A stretch of 64,000 bases of DNA, from positions 5,146,001 to 5,210,000 of the forward strand of contig OZ234493.1 of assembly GCA_965153455.1 (NCBI GenBank). The letters are read 5' to 3'. Source of the stretch: Sphagnum compactum (taxonomy: Eukaryota). The translations under genes were made by a program, and so were the position numbers. Position 1 is the stretch's first letter. Every line of letters begins with the position of its first letter. Below the pieces are notes generated by a model. That model was not told the origin of the DNA and ran no database searches. It worked only from the letters and a program-made list of their open reading frames with translations. Positions 39,401 through 52,611 of this stretch are shown here, in pieces.

Positions 39401-42400
39401 AGAATGTGAAAATTTAATTTTTGGTGATGATTTTAAATTTTGATCTTTTTCAGATGAAACATTGAATCTGTAAGGAACCTATACAATTTTAAAATTTTAG
39501 ATTTATTCAATAATGATTTTTTTTAAAATGATGCATTAGGGAGAATTTTAATATTTAAAAAAAAAGTTATAAAAAAATTCATTCAAAAATTCATTTGCAT
39601 GTAAAAGTTATATTTAAGAAAAAAGACTTGTAGTCCTTTTCCAAATTAGTCCATTTGGCTCCTTATTAAATGATTTGACCCTTTTGTTTGATAATGTCCA
39701 TCTATGGGAAAAGGTTGTAATGATGTTTGTTGTACATACACTTATTACAAAATTCATGACATAATCATGATTCAAATCCTTGGTTTCAACAAGAGTATTT
39801 GACATGATTGTTGTACCATTATCCCAACATGATTGTTGTACTTTGTATCAAGACACGTCCAATTTGTTTTTTTATCATTTTTTCTTAGAACCCAATTCAA
39901 ATGAATGGTGTTTTAGTTAATTTGTTGCCTTGGTAAGCTAAGGAATGGGATGGAAGCATACTATTGGGTAATTTTCTTTCAAATAAGATTCTTTCATTTG
40001 AAGACACAATGTAAAAACAATAAAAAATCCAATCCAAACAAGCAAAGCAAACACATGAAATGGAAATAATGAAATAATACACATCCTCATATTTGTATAC
40101 ATGAATGTTTTTGAAGTTTCACATGTTCTTTGGTTGCTTCTACTTCCTATGTTTGTTTAATTATGATTTTAATTTTTTGTAGTGTGCATTGAATAGTAAC
40201 ATGGTAATCAACCATGTTGAATTTGGTCAAATCTCATTCATAAGAGCCAATAGCATTATTGTATCCAAAAATTTCAAGACTTAATTTTGTCTTGTATATA
40301 GCCTTGTTATATTTTTGCTTAGAAAGAATTTTTAAATGAATTATTTTGCAATTTGTTAAATATGGTGGGCATTGACCTAATACCCCACCATTTGTGTCAT
40401 AATTTATGTGGAAAAATGATTGAGTTTTGAAACTATAGATGTTTCCATGTTTCGTTTTGAAAAACAAGACAAATTTTAATTCATACCAAAATATATTCAC
40501 TATTTCATGATTCATTTTTTTATATTACAAGTTATACCTCATTGACATGTGGTAAAAAATTATTAAATTTCATCCATATTGAAAACTAAACTTATATGCC
40601 TTTAAATTATGCATTTTTTTAATAACATTATTTTTTTAGATGTCATTTGTGATATCCTATCACCCATTATCATTTTACCATCAAAAATATATATTGCCAC
40701 AATTTCATTAGAAGCCTTTTTTATTTGGTCACAAGATTTATTCTTTACATTGAAACTTACTTGTAAACATTCCACTGATTCCATTCATATTAGCTCGGGG
40801 TAGCACATATAATGAAGGGATGGTGGAGCATTGATCATATATTTAGTATTCTATGACCATGTGTGTGTGATGGTGAGTGAACATGCATACATCTAGTGAA
40901 TGAACATTAAAAATAGTAATAAGAAATAAGCTTCCATACAACTTAATGAAGTTTTGATGAATATGAATTGGACTAATGACTAGATACTATTATCTAGAAA
41001 CTTTTTTTCTTAAACCAATTTTTAAACTCTAAATACCAATTTCATGTAAGGTTGCTTTTCATTGTTGTTTAGGTGATTAACTCCAGATGAAAAAATATAT
41101 ATCTGGACTTTTGATCATTAGTCGCTTTACATACATAACTCCATGGAAACTATCAATTCTATTAGAAAAAGGTTTTTTTTCATTAAGTACATAATTGAGT
41201 TGTCAACATTCAATCCTATGTGAGAAAACATCACCTACCCATGGCATACAAAGAGTGCAACACCATAGATACTTATGGACAATTGGATCGAGCATTTTTT
41301 TTGAAGGACTATATATTGCTAGAAAGAAAAATTAAAAATTAAATGTGATAAAAGTAGGTGTTTTTTAGGATTTTCAATATCTAGAATTCAACCAAAAGTT
41401 AAGAAAAATCATTAGATTTTTATACTTGGTTCAAGTAGGTGACCAAAAATATAGAAGGATGTTTTCAATATTTTTATTTTATATTTATCTTATAGCCAAA
41501 TTTGGCTAAACTTCCTATGGATGATCACCACTTGATAAAATTGACATTGGTGAGGTCTAGTATTTATTTTTCTCCATGAATTTTGTCAAATTTTTCGATT
41601 TTTTAAAGTGTGAATTCGACTTTTTAAAAAAAATCCAAAAAAATTCGAGAACAAAAAAAAAGAAATTTACTCTTTATTCTATTTTATTCTTAAAACTAAA
41701 AACCCTGGTCAGATGATTAGATTTTCCCTTTGGTAGAGTCTTTTGGGGAGTAGGTGTAAATTGTTAAAATGGAAATGGAGGAGAGTAAAAGCATGAGAAC
41801 TTGTTTGTGATGTGACTCCTGCCTTTGCTATCCATGTTATGTCCAAAAAGCAGGTAACTATGGAGGCTATGGGACACTTGTCTATTTAAAGCCTGTAAAT
41901 AACACAACCGATTTTCCATAATAAAAAAGACCAATGGACAAGAGCGAACAAGACAAATGAGTGGCTGAGATAAAATCTGTATGACTTGATGAACCTGCCT
42001 CAGAGAGCGAGAACTTTAGAAAGCACAAGAACCTTCTTTGAAATGAAATATACTGGTTTCCCTAGTGTGAAGGTAAATTAAGCCAGATTAGACACACGCC
42101 TCCATTGCACACCGCAAGATTTCCCCCAGTGCTTTACAGGTTAGTACTCTTTGTGAATCTCATGATTGCTGGTCCCACAGGATCAACACACTAAGTACTT
42201 ACCTGTTCAACGTGTCTTATAGTCTGTAAACGACCCACCCACTTGGGGTTTGTATTTCGTACTATTTTGAATGTGATGATTGCTGATTTTGCAAGAGGGA
42301 ATAAACAATAGACCTAGGCAAGTTCAACTTCCAGAAAAGACTTTGTAGCTTCAAAGCAAGCACATGCAAACCCGAAAAGAAAGGAATTACCATGATCCAG

Positions 42401-45360
42401 ACCTTGGTGACTGGTTGTACATTTAGTTGTTTACACAAACAAGCTAAATTTAAGTGTTTGTGTCGACAAAGCTTTAGATACCAAAGGTCCCAAGGGTTGC
42501 CACTCTCAATTTTGATCACTTGGAAGGCCATTAATTCCCTTCGGTCCACCCGGGACCCTAGTATTCAAGATAGGATTGAGCAAGCCTTTAAGGCGGAATG
42601 GTGCCACTTAGGCATCTTTGGGGTTGATTGCGTCACCATCGTGTGGTGCTTCTTGCCCCCTTGTATTTCTTGGATTTCTTTAATGTTTGATGGGGCTGCT
42701 GCCTCCCTCCCCTTCTCGGGGTTTCTTCTCAATTGGGATGACTTTCTTCTTACAATGAATCTTCATAGCACTTCAAAAGATACCAACATTGTCAATTTTG
42801 AATCAAGGGACCACTTTGGACTGAGCCACCTCTTAACTTCCACCCTTCCCCCATTTTCACTTCTCATTTATCACTTGCTGGTGGTAGTTGATTGATTTAA
42901 CATGCTTGGTTCCGAAACAAGCAATTTAGCAGGTAATTTAGCGGGGATGGAATAAAGTATGGCAGTTGTTTATCATTTGAGCATTCCCATCGGCTTTCAA
43001 TTTACTGTAAGGGTCATGGGTTTATGAGCCCCTCAAACCTTGTTCTAATGTATCAGCACCTATATACACACCTCCTATTTGGGCCTCAGTAAACGATAAA
43101 CATGACCAACGTAGAGTGTTGATTATTCCCATTCTCATATCCATAAACATGAAAAAGTGGATAGTGTTAGTGGGAGACTGTTTAAAGCCTCACCACCTGG
43201 GCCTATCATTATAGTTCACTGATCAAAGATAGTCCTTTCCTTATACTAACCTGCATGGAGGGCACTGTAATGTTGACACATTTACAGGCCCAAACTGAGT
43301 TTCTCACAATTCAACTGTTACATAGTGTTCAAAGTATAGTGTGCAGGCCATTTCACCACTATGGGTGCAGACGATAATAGTGAGCCTTGGAAGAAGGTTG
43401 ATGGGGGTTAAATGTATGGTTGCATATTGTGGATGCCTTTTTCACCTAATTATACCATATTTCAAATTCATTTGTGTTTTGTATTTTACGACTCATCATT
43501 AAATGATATTTGGGGTTTAGGTTCTCTCCCTAGTAAACATTATTTCAATGCCCAATATTAGCAACTGAGAAACAGATTAAGAGAATTCTCAGAAATTTCA
43601 TGAATTTTTTCAATGAATTATACAAATATTTGTAATCCAGATTGATGGAATTTTCAAAAGTTTCAAATTGGAGAAAAAATGTGAAAATTGGTTCATGTTG
43701 CCCTAATGTGAGTTATGGCTCACATTTCATAAGAGGAGAAAGGAATTGTTGTAACTAAAAAAGAATAAAGACAAAATCTAATCCAAATTTAGGATTATAG
43801 CTCAATCATAGCGTTACACTTGAACAGTAATCCTAATCTCAAGATATCTTTATGGTGCAATTATAATAAGGAAAAAGTAAGAGACATATGTATATAATGA
43901 AAACTGACTCTGCAGAACCTTAAAAACTCTAATTCAAGCTCAAGTGAGCTTGTAGCCTAAATTAATTGATTTTGACACTTGCATACCAAAACTGACCATC
44001 CCTGGCTTCATATCCTTGAAACCTTTCAATCTGTGCGACCATTTGTTCCAATGGGCATTTGGAATGCCCTTGCCTGTATTATTACAAGTCCAAAGGTTTC
44101 TTTAATTTAGATATGGTATTAGAGAAAAAGAAAGGATCTAGGAATATGAACCCCCATTCTCCTTCCCAATGAATTTAAAGTGATGTGCCCTTAAGCTATG
44201 TGATAATTGCGGGAGCAGACAATTGGTGACTCATAGGTAGTTTGATGACATAAGCAAAAGCTCTGGCAAGTCGGTTCAAGATTGAGAATATTTGCGTCCA
44301 CTCTAAAAGAGAGAGTCAAGGCCTGGCTCTCAGGATTCCACGTCACTTGGAAAATAGGTTGGACTCATCCAGGGAAGCACTAGTTCACCAAACATGATGC
44401 CCACCTTTTGGCTTGTCATGGAACAAAAGTGGATAATGTCAGTGAAGAAGCTGGTGTGCTTGGGGAAGTGTTTTTTTTTTGGAATTTTTGTCTGTAGCCA
44501 AAGTGGCTATCATCCCTAGGAAGATTTAGCCAAATCTGGATCTTAACCAAAAATGAAGTACAAATCTTTATCATCCTTGTATATTTTTGGCTATACCCAT
44601 GAAACCAAATATATGAATCTGGATATTTTTCCTTCTTTTTTTTCTCACTTGTGGCAACTGAAAACCTTCAAAATCACTTCTTTTTCAATGTTTTATTCTA
44701 ATTTCGTCAGAAAAAAAGAAAAAAAAACACTGCTTCGAAAGTGAACTAGAGTGGGAAAATTTGAGCGCATGGGTGATATGGGGCCACACAATATTTGATG
44801 TAAACTTGGCCACTCTTTACTGCATGAGAACAGAAGGAAGAAATGGAAATGAAACAAAAAGGACCTAAGAGTTAGCTCAATTGCCAATATAAGCTAATAT
44901 GAGGTGAAGAGATTAAGGTCTGGAGCAAGAGCTAAAGGTACAGATCAAATGAGGAATTTGCTGAAGTCAGAGTGTCCTGCTAGTGATGACTGATAACACT
45001 GTAGCTAAGGTGTTCATAATCAACAATTTCTCTTGCAACCTCCGCTACCACAGTACTGGGGACTCTAGATTCCACAAAAGATCGCATAGCATGTGAGCTG
45101 AGAATGAGATTGAACAAGAGAATCTCCACTTACACCCTACTTGGCCCTCTACCCCATGTTTACCATCTAACATATAATGTTTAATTATTTCTGGATCCAT
45201 GCCCATAAACATGAAAACTTGGACAATATACCCCAAAATAATAATAATAATAATAATAAATTTTGGGACAATATACAAAGTGGACAACTTAAATGCTACC
45301 ACCTGGCCCAATCAATTTTCTTTTTCTTACTTTTTAAATTCACTATCCTGTGCATATCTA

Positions 45361-45964
45361 CTAGGGTAGAACAGCCCATGAGCGATCACTTAAGGTAGGA
45401 TTTGCTCGTTGTTTTTGCAGGAGGGCCCATTGTTTATAGTGTCCAAAGAGTAGATGAAGCCCTCCTCTTGGCGCATCTAGCGCACTAAAAATTGGCAAAA
45501 ATGAGCTGGAGGCGAGAAAGTTACGGCCCCCTGAAGTAAGGGGGATCAATTCATAAAAAAAACCAGACCTAACAGCTCATAGCCTATTTCCGATCCCCTT
45601 AAAAAATCCTTAAATATTACTTTGTTGCTTTTAGAGTTAGAAGATTATTTGTAGAGCTTAAGATGGCAATTTCAAAGCTGTTTAAATCGCTCAATTTGAA
45701 CAAAAAAATAGAGAAAGTTATGAAGTAGGAGGGTTCAAAATGAAGAAAATTGAAAAAAACTCGTTTTGTAATTCGAAAAAATGTATTTTCTTTACTGCTG
45801 TTTTTTGGCTGCTCCTTTGGCTTTGCATTTGGAAGATGATTTGTAGAGCTTGAGAAAGCAATCCTATAACATTTTAAATCACTCAAAATGGTGAAGAATT
45901 GATAAAGATTTGCCAAAGTGATTGGTGATAGGCTAGTGATCGGTGATGGGCCGCTCTACCCTAG
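45361..45964. mobile_element. MITE / non-autonomous TIR element (~600 bp)
   Basis: 30-bp TIRs CTAGGGTAGAACAGCCCATGAGCGATCACT vs revcomp of 45935-45964 CTAGGGTAGAGCGGCCCATCACCGATCACT (26/30); TSD ambiguous (TA or CTAG). Confidence 0.8.
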
Positions 45965-45971
45965 TCCAAAC

Positions 45972-46318
45972 CAGTGTTGTGCAATTATATGATGTTTTTA
46001 GTAACCTTCAGTTCCTGTTTTTAAAAATTTTGAAAATTAAAAACCTTCTGATTCCATTTTTAAAAAGAAATTCAGAACCAACAAACCTCCAGTTTATGTT
46101 TTTTTGAAAATTTCCAGAATCAAACTGCCATTATATATCAGAGTCAGTTCTCAGATTTTGAGAAACACAGTTATATAGAACTGGTCATGTTAATTTTAGA
46201 GAATTGCAATTATGTATCAGAACTGGTCCGTTTGAATTTTACAGAATGACAGTTATATATCTTGGAGAACCGCCACTTCTGATTATCAGTTTCCATTTCT
46301 GATAATGGCCCAACACTG
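45972..46318. mobile_element. Putative hAT-type MITE (~347 bp)
   Basis: Ends CAGTGTTG...CAACACTG; 8-bp flanks GTCCAAAC/TTCTAAAC (6/8); same family as 24333-24678. Confidence 0.65.
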
Positions 46319-46516
46319 TTCTAAACTCAGTTTCATACTTGAATTAGCACAGGGAGGGTCATGGAATCATTAAACTAAACAACCCACAACAATGTTGAGA
46401 ATGTAAGATACAGTAGTCAAAAACCTCGTCAAGCCATACCTACCTACTTTGCAAGAAAAGTTCTAACTAGTTTTTTGTTGTGTTTGCCAATGTGTTGTCT
46501 TTTAACACGTTTGACA

Positions 46517-46758
46517 GAAGGGGTCCCTGACAGTGTGATTGATATTGGGAACCCCAAAAGAAACAAAAATGGAGGCAAATTTTGTGGGGGAAGACTGCTG
46601 TCTCAAAGGGGTCGGTCCTTTACAACTTGCAAGAAATGCTTATGTTACAACTGTCCTGTGATGCTGGCGTAAGGATCCCCATGCCAGATCGGTGTGCGTA
46701 GACCAGGAGCTTCGGCTAAGAACTAAGAACCCAACACGACTGTCAGGAGGACCCCTTC
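46517..46758. mobile_element. Small inverted-repeat-bounded element
   Basis: GAAGGGGTCCCTGACAGT (46517-46534) vs revcomp of 46739-46758 GAAGGGGTCCTCCTGACAGT; no clear TSD. Confidence 0.5.
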
Positions 46759-47975
46759 AGATCTAAAACATAGGATCAGTTGAACTCACAGCTCAGCTCT
46801 GGCAAACTGTCAAAATTTATCTATTTCACTATTTTCTAGCTCTTATTAATAGTAGGTCCACGCACACCCCATATTGGGGCCCCTAATAGTGTTTATCAAA
46901 TGCAAAACAGAATGTTAATTGTTTCAACAGTCCCACCCATAAACGTGAAAGATTGGACAATAGAAGGTGAGAGACTACTTAAATGCAATCACTAGGGCCA
47001 ATCATTATGGCTAACCAATCAAAAGCAGTAATTTCTTTTTATCGGGCCTTTTGGAGACAATTATATCATGTACAAATTTGCATGTCCAAATGAGTGTTGT
47101 GCATATATTTGGCTCTAGACATACCCACAGCATAAGTAGGGAACTTGTTTACACACTGCATAAGTATAAAAACTCTCATCCAATATAAAACTTCTCATCC
47201 ACATCCATGTAAATGTAATTACCTAACTTAGGATGTGTAAGTGTAAAATCATGTAAATCTATTTTAAGTTGTATAAAATGGTGTAAGTATAAATCATTTA
47301 CACTTGTCGTGTAAATCTATGCTAATATATATAAATTCATGTGAAAAAGAAAATGAAAAATTTCATGCAAATACGTTAACATTGGCTTTTTGCGATATCA
47401 AATAATGAACAAGGCAATGTCAACCATGATCTCAAACAAGGTGATGATGTCCAAATTGTTGCATGTTGTTGCTATAGACATGAACACAATGACAACAATA
47501 ATGACATTCATGCCATGGTTGTCACTGCTAATGAAACAAATGTGACAAGGATGATGACAATCACAACAAGGACCATGATGTTGAGGAGTGCAAACAAGAA
47601 TGAAAAGCAAGACCAAAAGGAGGTGGGTGTTTTGGACCTCACCTAAAGTATCATCCAACAAAAATGACAACCACAACAATGAGCTACTTAGTGTTTGCAA
47701 CTTGTCACAAATCATGAAAATTTGAAAACATTCCAACTCATCACCACAGGAAAAAACAAAACAAAAAGATGTAAAGATGACTACTAAGAGTGGGGTCTGA
47801 GCTCACCCACATTCTTGGAGCTAAAAATGGCAATGACAAAAACCACAAAGAAAAATTGTTGGACTTCATTCACAAAACCTAGTTCATTTAGTCCTACTTT
47901 GCCAAAAACATTTACACAAAGTCATGTAAATGTATATGAAAATCTTTTACACTTCCTCTAAGTTAGTGTAAAAAA

Positions 47976-50900
47976 CACTACTAGAAAAACAGCATTTCAT
48001 GATTAGGCCATTTAGGACTAGGGTCCAAACCCAGTCATGTAGTCATATACAAACTCTAGTCACTATCATTTTAGCGACTATAGTCATGTAATAGACTACA
48101 TGACTAATGTCATGAGTAGAGGATTTAGAGCTTATTTTGCGCAAGTGACACGTATTACTTCCTCTCCAATTCTTGGCGGGAACCCCGTTCGTTGGCAAGA
48201 TCATAGGCCGTTGTTTAGAAGCTTCGTCACTTTTTGGGAAAACTTTTTCAACAATGTCTCAACACATGTGTGTACACAAGTTTGGTTTTGACTGAATACA
48301 CATCGATCGATCGTGATTAAGGGAGAGGCTGCAACCATTCTTCATGACTTGATTCAGTACATTCATTCTAAGTTGCGGGCGAGGTTCTGATGCCATTTTC
48401 TCCAATACAAATGTTCTTCATTCTACTACAGTTTAGGGTCCAAATCGGTGATGGAGCTAGCATGTGCTATTTCGAACTGATGTCAGAGCTGTGTACTCGA
48501 GAAAAGAGGTGCACCCCATGGAGCCACGGAAGTTGACCCATAGGTCTTGCTTGCTCTGGGAGAAATGACTGTCACAACCACCGCACCATGATGGAGCCAC
48601 GGAACAAGGTTTCATCATCATATTTTTATCCAGTTTGTTTTGTGTAGGCTTGCTTTTCGAAAATCAATGTTTGACCAAATTGCCTGCAGAATGTTAGCGC
48701 TGCGCATTTGCCGCTTCCAATGCAATCTTTTACCCACCGTCACCAACAATCTGGTATAATATTCGCCCTTTGATTTTTTATTCATGTTTTGTTTCGTATT
48801 GTTTTGCGTTTGCTCCAATTTTTTATTTCGTTTTCTTTAGTCTTGTTCTCATTTCGCTTCTTTGATTTTCTTTTCCTCTTCGTGCAGGAGTCGTGTTTTT
48901 TCTTCAACAATTTTCCTGCATGAATAATGACAACAGGACCTTGTGTGGGTTCCTTCACTTCCAAACCCTATCTTCACTCGACTACTATAATTTCAAATTC
49001 ATATGCATAATCAGAAACAACATCTACTGCCATAGACGTATATTGTTCTCAGAAGGGAGTTGAACATGAAGATCCTGTTGGAGGGTCCACCAAACAAGCA
49101 ACTGAACATAACATTCATCAACTAACATCTTTTGTACTTATGCAGGTGAAGCAGGTTCTGAAAGTCAAACAAAGGGCACTTTCATCTGGGTGAAACCTTA
49201 TTCATGAAATTCAAGTACGTAATCAATTATTGTTGGAAAACTGGTGTGGTTTGAGACAAGCCTTTCAGTATGAGAATTTGTTGTGAACTTTTGCTGTAAT
49301 CGAAGTGGCTGTGATGAAGTTTTCACTCAAGCAGAATGTACAGCTTCCTCGACATGAATCTGCAAAGTGTAATTAGCACAGGTAAAATCCAAGAATCCAA
49401 GGACCATGTGCAGGACATGCATCCAACCTCTCAGGTGAACCGATTTTGACTTCAATCAGCAGGATGGTGATCAATGGGCTCAGCAATTTCAACATCTTAC
49501 TTTTCACATTTGAGCAATGTCAATGGTGAAGAAGTTAGGCAGCACGTGAGGAGTGGGTCGTTTGTCTTTTGTATTATTAGAAGCAAATTTGGTAGGTCTA
49601 CCCTACTAGACAAGATTAGATAAAAGCAAAAGCATTGTGAGGATTTCTGGGAACTAACATACTTCTGTTGGGACAAGTTTCAGCAACAAGGCTAGATGGC
49701 AACAAGGGGCCAACTGAATTGTGGGGAAATGGGCAATTTGGGTGCAATGGAGCAGGTCCACGTGCTCTTGTTCAAACTCTCTCTCAGAATCAGGATCCGA
49801 AGTTTCAGGTTGGTCTTCATGACACTTTCGTTGTTAAGGAATACCCTTGCAGGACCTGATCTTTGCGTCCAATTTGATTTATTTTTTCTGTGTTAGGAGA
49901 AACAAAATTAGCAATACCCTTTGATAACCTCAATAGTATGGAAGGCCTGGTTCCTTGCACCATTCACTGTAATGTGTTTCCTTGAAACATAATTCCAAAT
50001 TTGTACACTCTGTGTCAAAGATGAGCAGAGGGGAACTTATAGTGGATGACAACCAGGTGAAACCTGGTGTTACAAACTCTATTTTTGATAATTGGGTTGA
50101 TGAATTTCAACAGCAACATCTGGCTCCACCAGAAACTTGGGCTTCTGAATTCACAGCTAGAGAAGTTTCATTTTTCATGTCTACTTAGTGAAATTTACAT
50201 AGTTTCAGTTTCTATTGCTTGTGCTTATGATTGTTGTAGGTGCCAAACAAGTTTTTGGTATCTGAGTTTCACAGTTTGCACTTGACTTCATTGATGACTC
50301 TGGCGTTTTGAGTATAGCATCTGGTCTGACTGGTTGTTCAATGAGTGAAAAACTACATGGTTTCCTCTTTGATTTGAACAAAAGGATGTTTATAAAGACT
50401 TTATGGTCTACTTGCATAGCATATGCATTGTGGGGATAAATGGGCTGAGGATTTTACAAGGATAAAGCATGAAGTTGCATCAACCAGTTATTGGGTTGAT
50501 GAGTTCTCTAAACTGGGATTGAAAGACTGGGCTGATGAATTTGGGGATCAAATGGCTAAGGGCTCCTTTGATGATGAATCAAATTCTAGTTGGTTAGACT
50601 TGTATGACAAGTAGGGTCCTCTCTCCTAATTCAATCGCACATCACTTAGTTGAATTTGGTGAATTATTGTTATTCATTCAAATGTTCTCATGAGATCCAC
50701 TGTTCCTTTTGAAGTTTCATTCAATTGTTAACAAGTCAAAGTTGTTGGTTTAGGGTAGGGCTGCTCTTGTACAATTGGTGCAGAATTGGTTGTTGATTTG
50801 AAATCTGAGGAGCTTTGCTTCACTTGGTGTTTCAAAACTACTTCAGTTCCCTGCAGGGGGCCCAAGTACTAATAGTTTTCTGGTGATGCAGATTTGTGGA

Positions 50901-52566
50901 GGAGCAAGTGAGGGGAGAGTAGAGGGTAGTCATGTCATCCAGGTTTGTGTACCAATTTGCATATCACAATCCACATGTGGGTCATCCTCATCCTCCAAAG
51001 GAAGGCCAGGAATTATTTAGGAGAGGATTGATAAGTCAAGCTGTTCTGGCGTTGGAAGTTGAGGTGCTGAAGTCTTGACAATTCTGAATGCTGGCACTTA
51101 CTGGGCATTACCCATGCAAAAACTGATGATGATCGACAGGTGTGTTGCCATCAGTATTCTATTTTGCTCTCTAGTTTATTTATCTGCTTATTATGAAAGG
51201 ATGTCGTATGGATACGACAGTTTCTTCTCTCTACTTGAGGATTACAAAGTCACTGACAGTAGTGATTGAGGCTTCTACTCAAAGCCACAATATGAGGAAA
51301 TGCATGGACATTTCCAGTTTCCATGAACCACTATTACAATTGGAAGGAGGGCTTTGTTTACAAATTTTATGTTTCTGAGCATTTTTGAATGTGAAATACT
51401 CCTGATTCATTGGGTTTTTGTGGGGTCTAGGCAATTGCATCCATGGTAAAAGCAAGGGATGATGATCTGTCAAACTTGGAAGTCCTGCTTGTCCTTGGTG
51501 TCAGCCACACCAATGGTTTGTCTCATCCTTCTCTCTCCTCCCCTCAGTTGGCTGGCTATACTAGTTAGGAGGCTTGAGGCTTTTGCAATGAACAAGATTC
51601 ATGGATATAGATTTCACCATAATGATGATCATGAAGAACAATAGAGAGGGAGGCATTCAGAAGGGGAGGAAGGAGGTGTCATCTGGCTGAACCCTATCAA
51701 TTAACACAGAAAACAATGGCATGTTTCTTGGGTTTTTTCTTTGTGTTTTTCACAAGTTCTATTATGATGCAGACATTGTTTTAAATGCGAAGGAAGCCCT
51801 CCAAATATGCATTGGATGTCCAGGACCTACCTTGTCATTATTATTCTTCTTTTATTCTATTGTTGTTTGGTTTCCCTATTTCCTTTCTCTTATTGGGCTT
51901 GAATTGCTCATGCTACCCATGAAACCCTAATCCTCGAAGTTCATAGTGGAAGGCCAATGTTCTACATTGTTTATGATTTCCTTCATTTGGTCTTAAGGTT
52001 GTTTCAATTGTAGTTTCAATCTGGAGAGATCAAATGGGCAGGTGTGCCTTGGGAACATCAGGGACAATATAACAGGCAGCAAAAACACCATCAACTTACC
52101 ATTTGCAAAGGATATCACCCACAAAGAAAGTGGCAGGTTGCTGATGTTCACTCTATGCCAGTCATCGAAAAATTTATTCTTCAATTGGACAGGCTGATGT
52201 GCATTCTACGGATGTAATTTGAACCAAACGTTGACCTTTATTTCATAAAGGGTATGTCTTCCACTTGGCTCATTTCTAAATTCTTCCAATTTTTTTCTGA
52301 AATTTTGTGGATTGCATGCCTTCAAAAGTCATGTCAAAGACTCCTTGAAAATATAATCTCAATCATCTTGCAATCTTTCTATAGAACAGTGTCAGTTCAT
52401 TCTCAAGTAGAAACTAAAATCCTGTTTTGGAACCTAAACATCACAATCAATGAAAAGAATAAAGTGGGTGAAAGTATGTCTCTTTTTGGCTTTTGATTTT
52501 CAGCTTTTGCTTTACTGCAAATTGAGGAACGTATGTGTAACCTGTACAATCATTTTTCTAGTAGTG
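47976..52566. mobile_element. Candidate Pack-CACTA element carrying a PEX5 fragment
   Basis: Perfect 14-bp TIRs CACTACTAGAAAAA (47976-47989) / TTTTTCTAGTAGTG (52553-52566); left subterminal TAGTC/GACTA repeats; the 3-bp flanks AAA/TCA do not match. Confidence 0.6.
49145..51514 (+). pseudogene. PEX5: PEX5 (PTS1 receptor) partial, intron-containing pseudogene
   Basis: WxxxF motifs (DQWAQQF, NWVDEF, TWASEF, KWAEDF, YWVDEF, DWADEF); RALVQTLSQNQDPKFQ-NSKFVHSVSKMSRGELIVDDNQVK; first TPRs EGQELFRRGLISQAVLALEVEV...WHLLGITHAKTDDDRQ-AIASMVKA...NLEVLLVLGVSHTN. Stops, frameshifts and damaged acceptors; the remaining TPR exons are absent. Confidence 0.92.
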
Positions 52567-52611
52567 TCAAAAAATCAGTCTTTTCTAGTCACAAGTCTTT
52601 CATGACAGCCA

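Noticed and set aside
42262-42895. 167-aa and 95-aa ORFs in a higher-GC patch
   Set aside because: No motif recognised and no supporting exon structure
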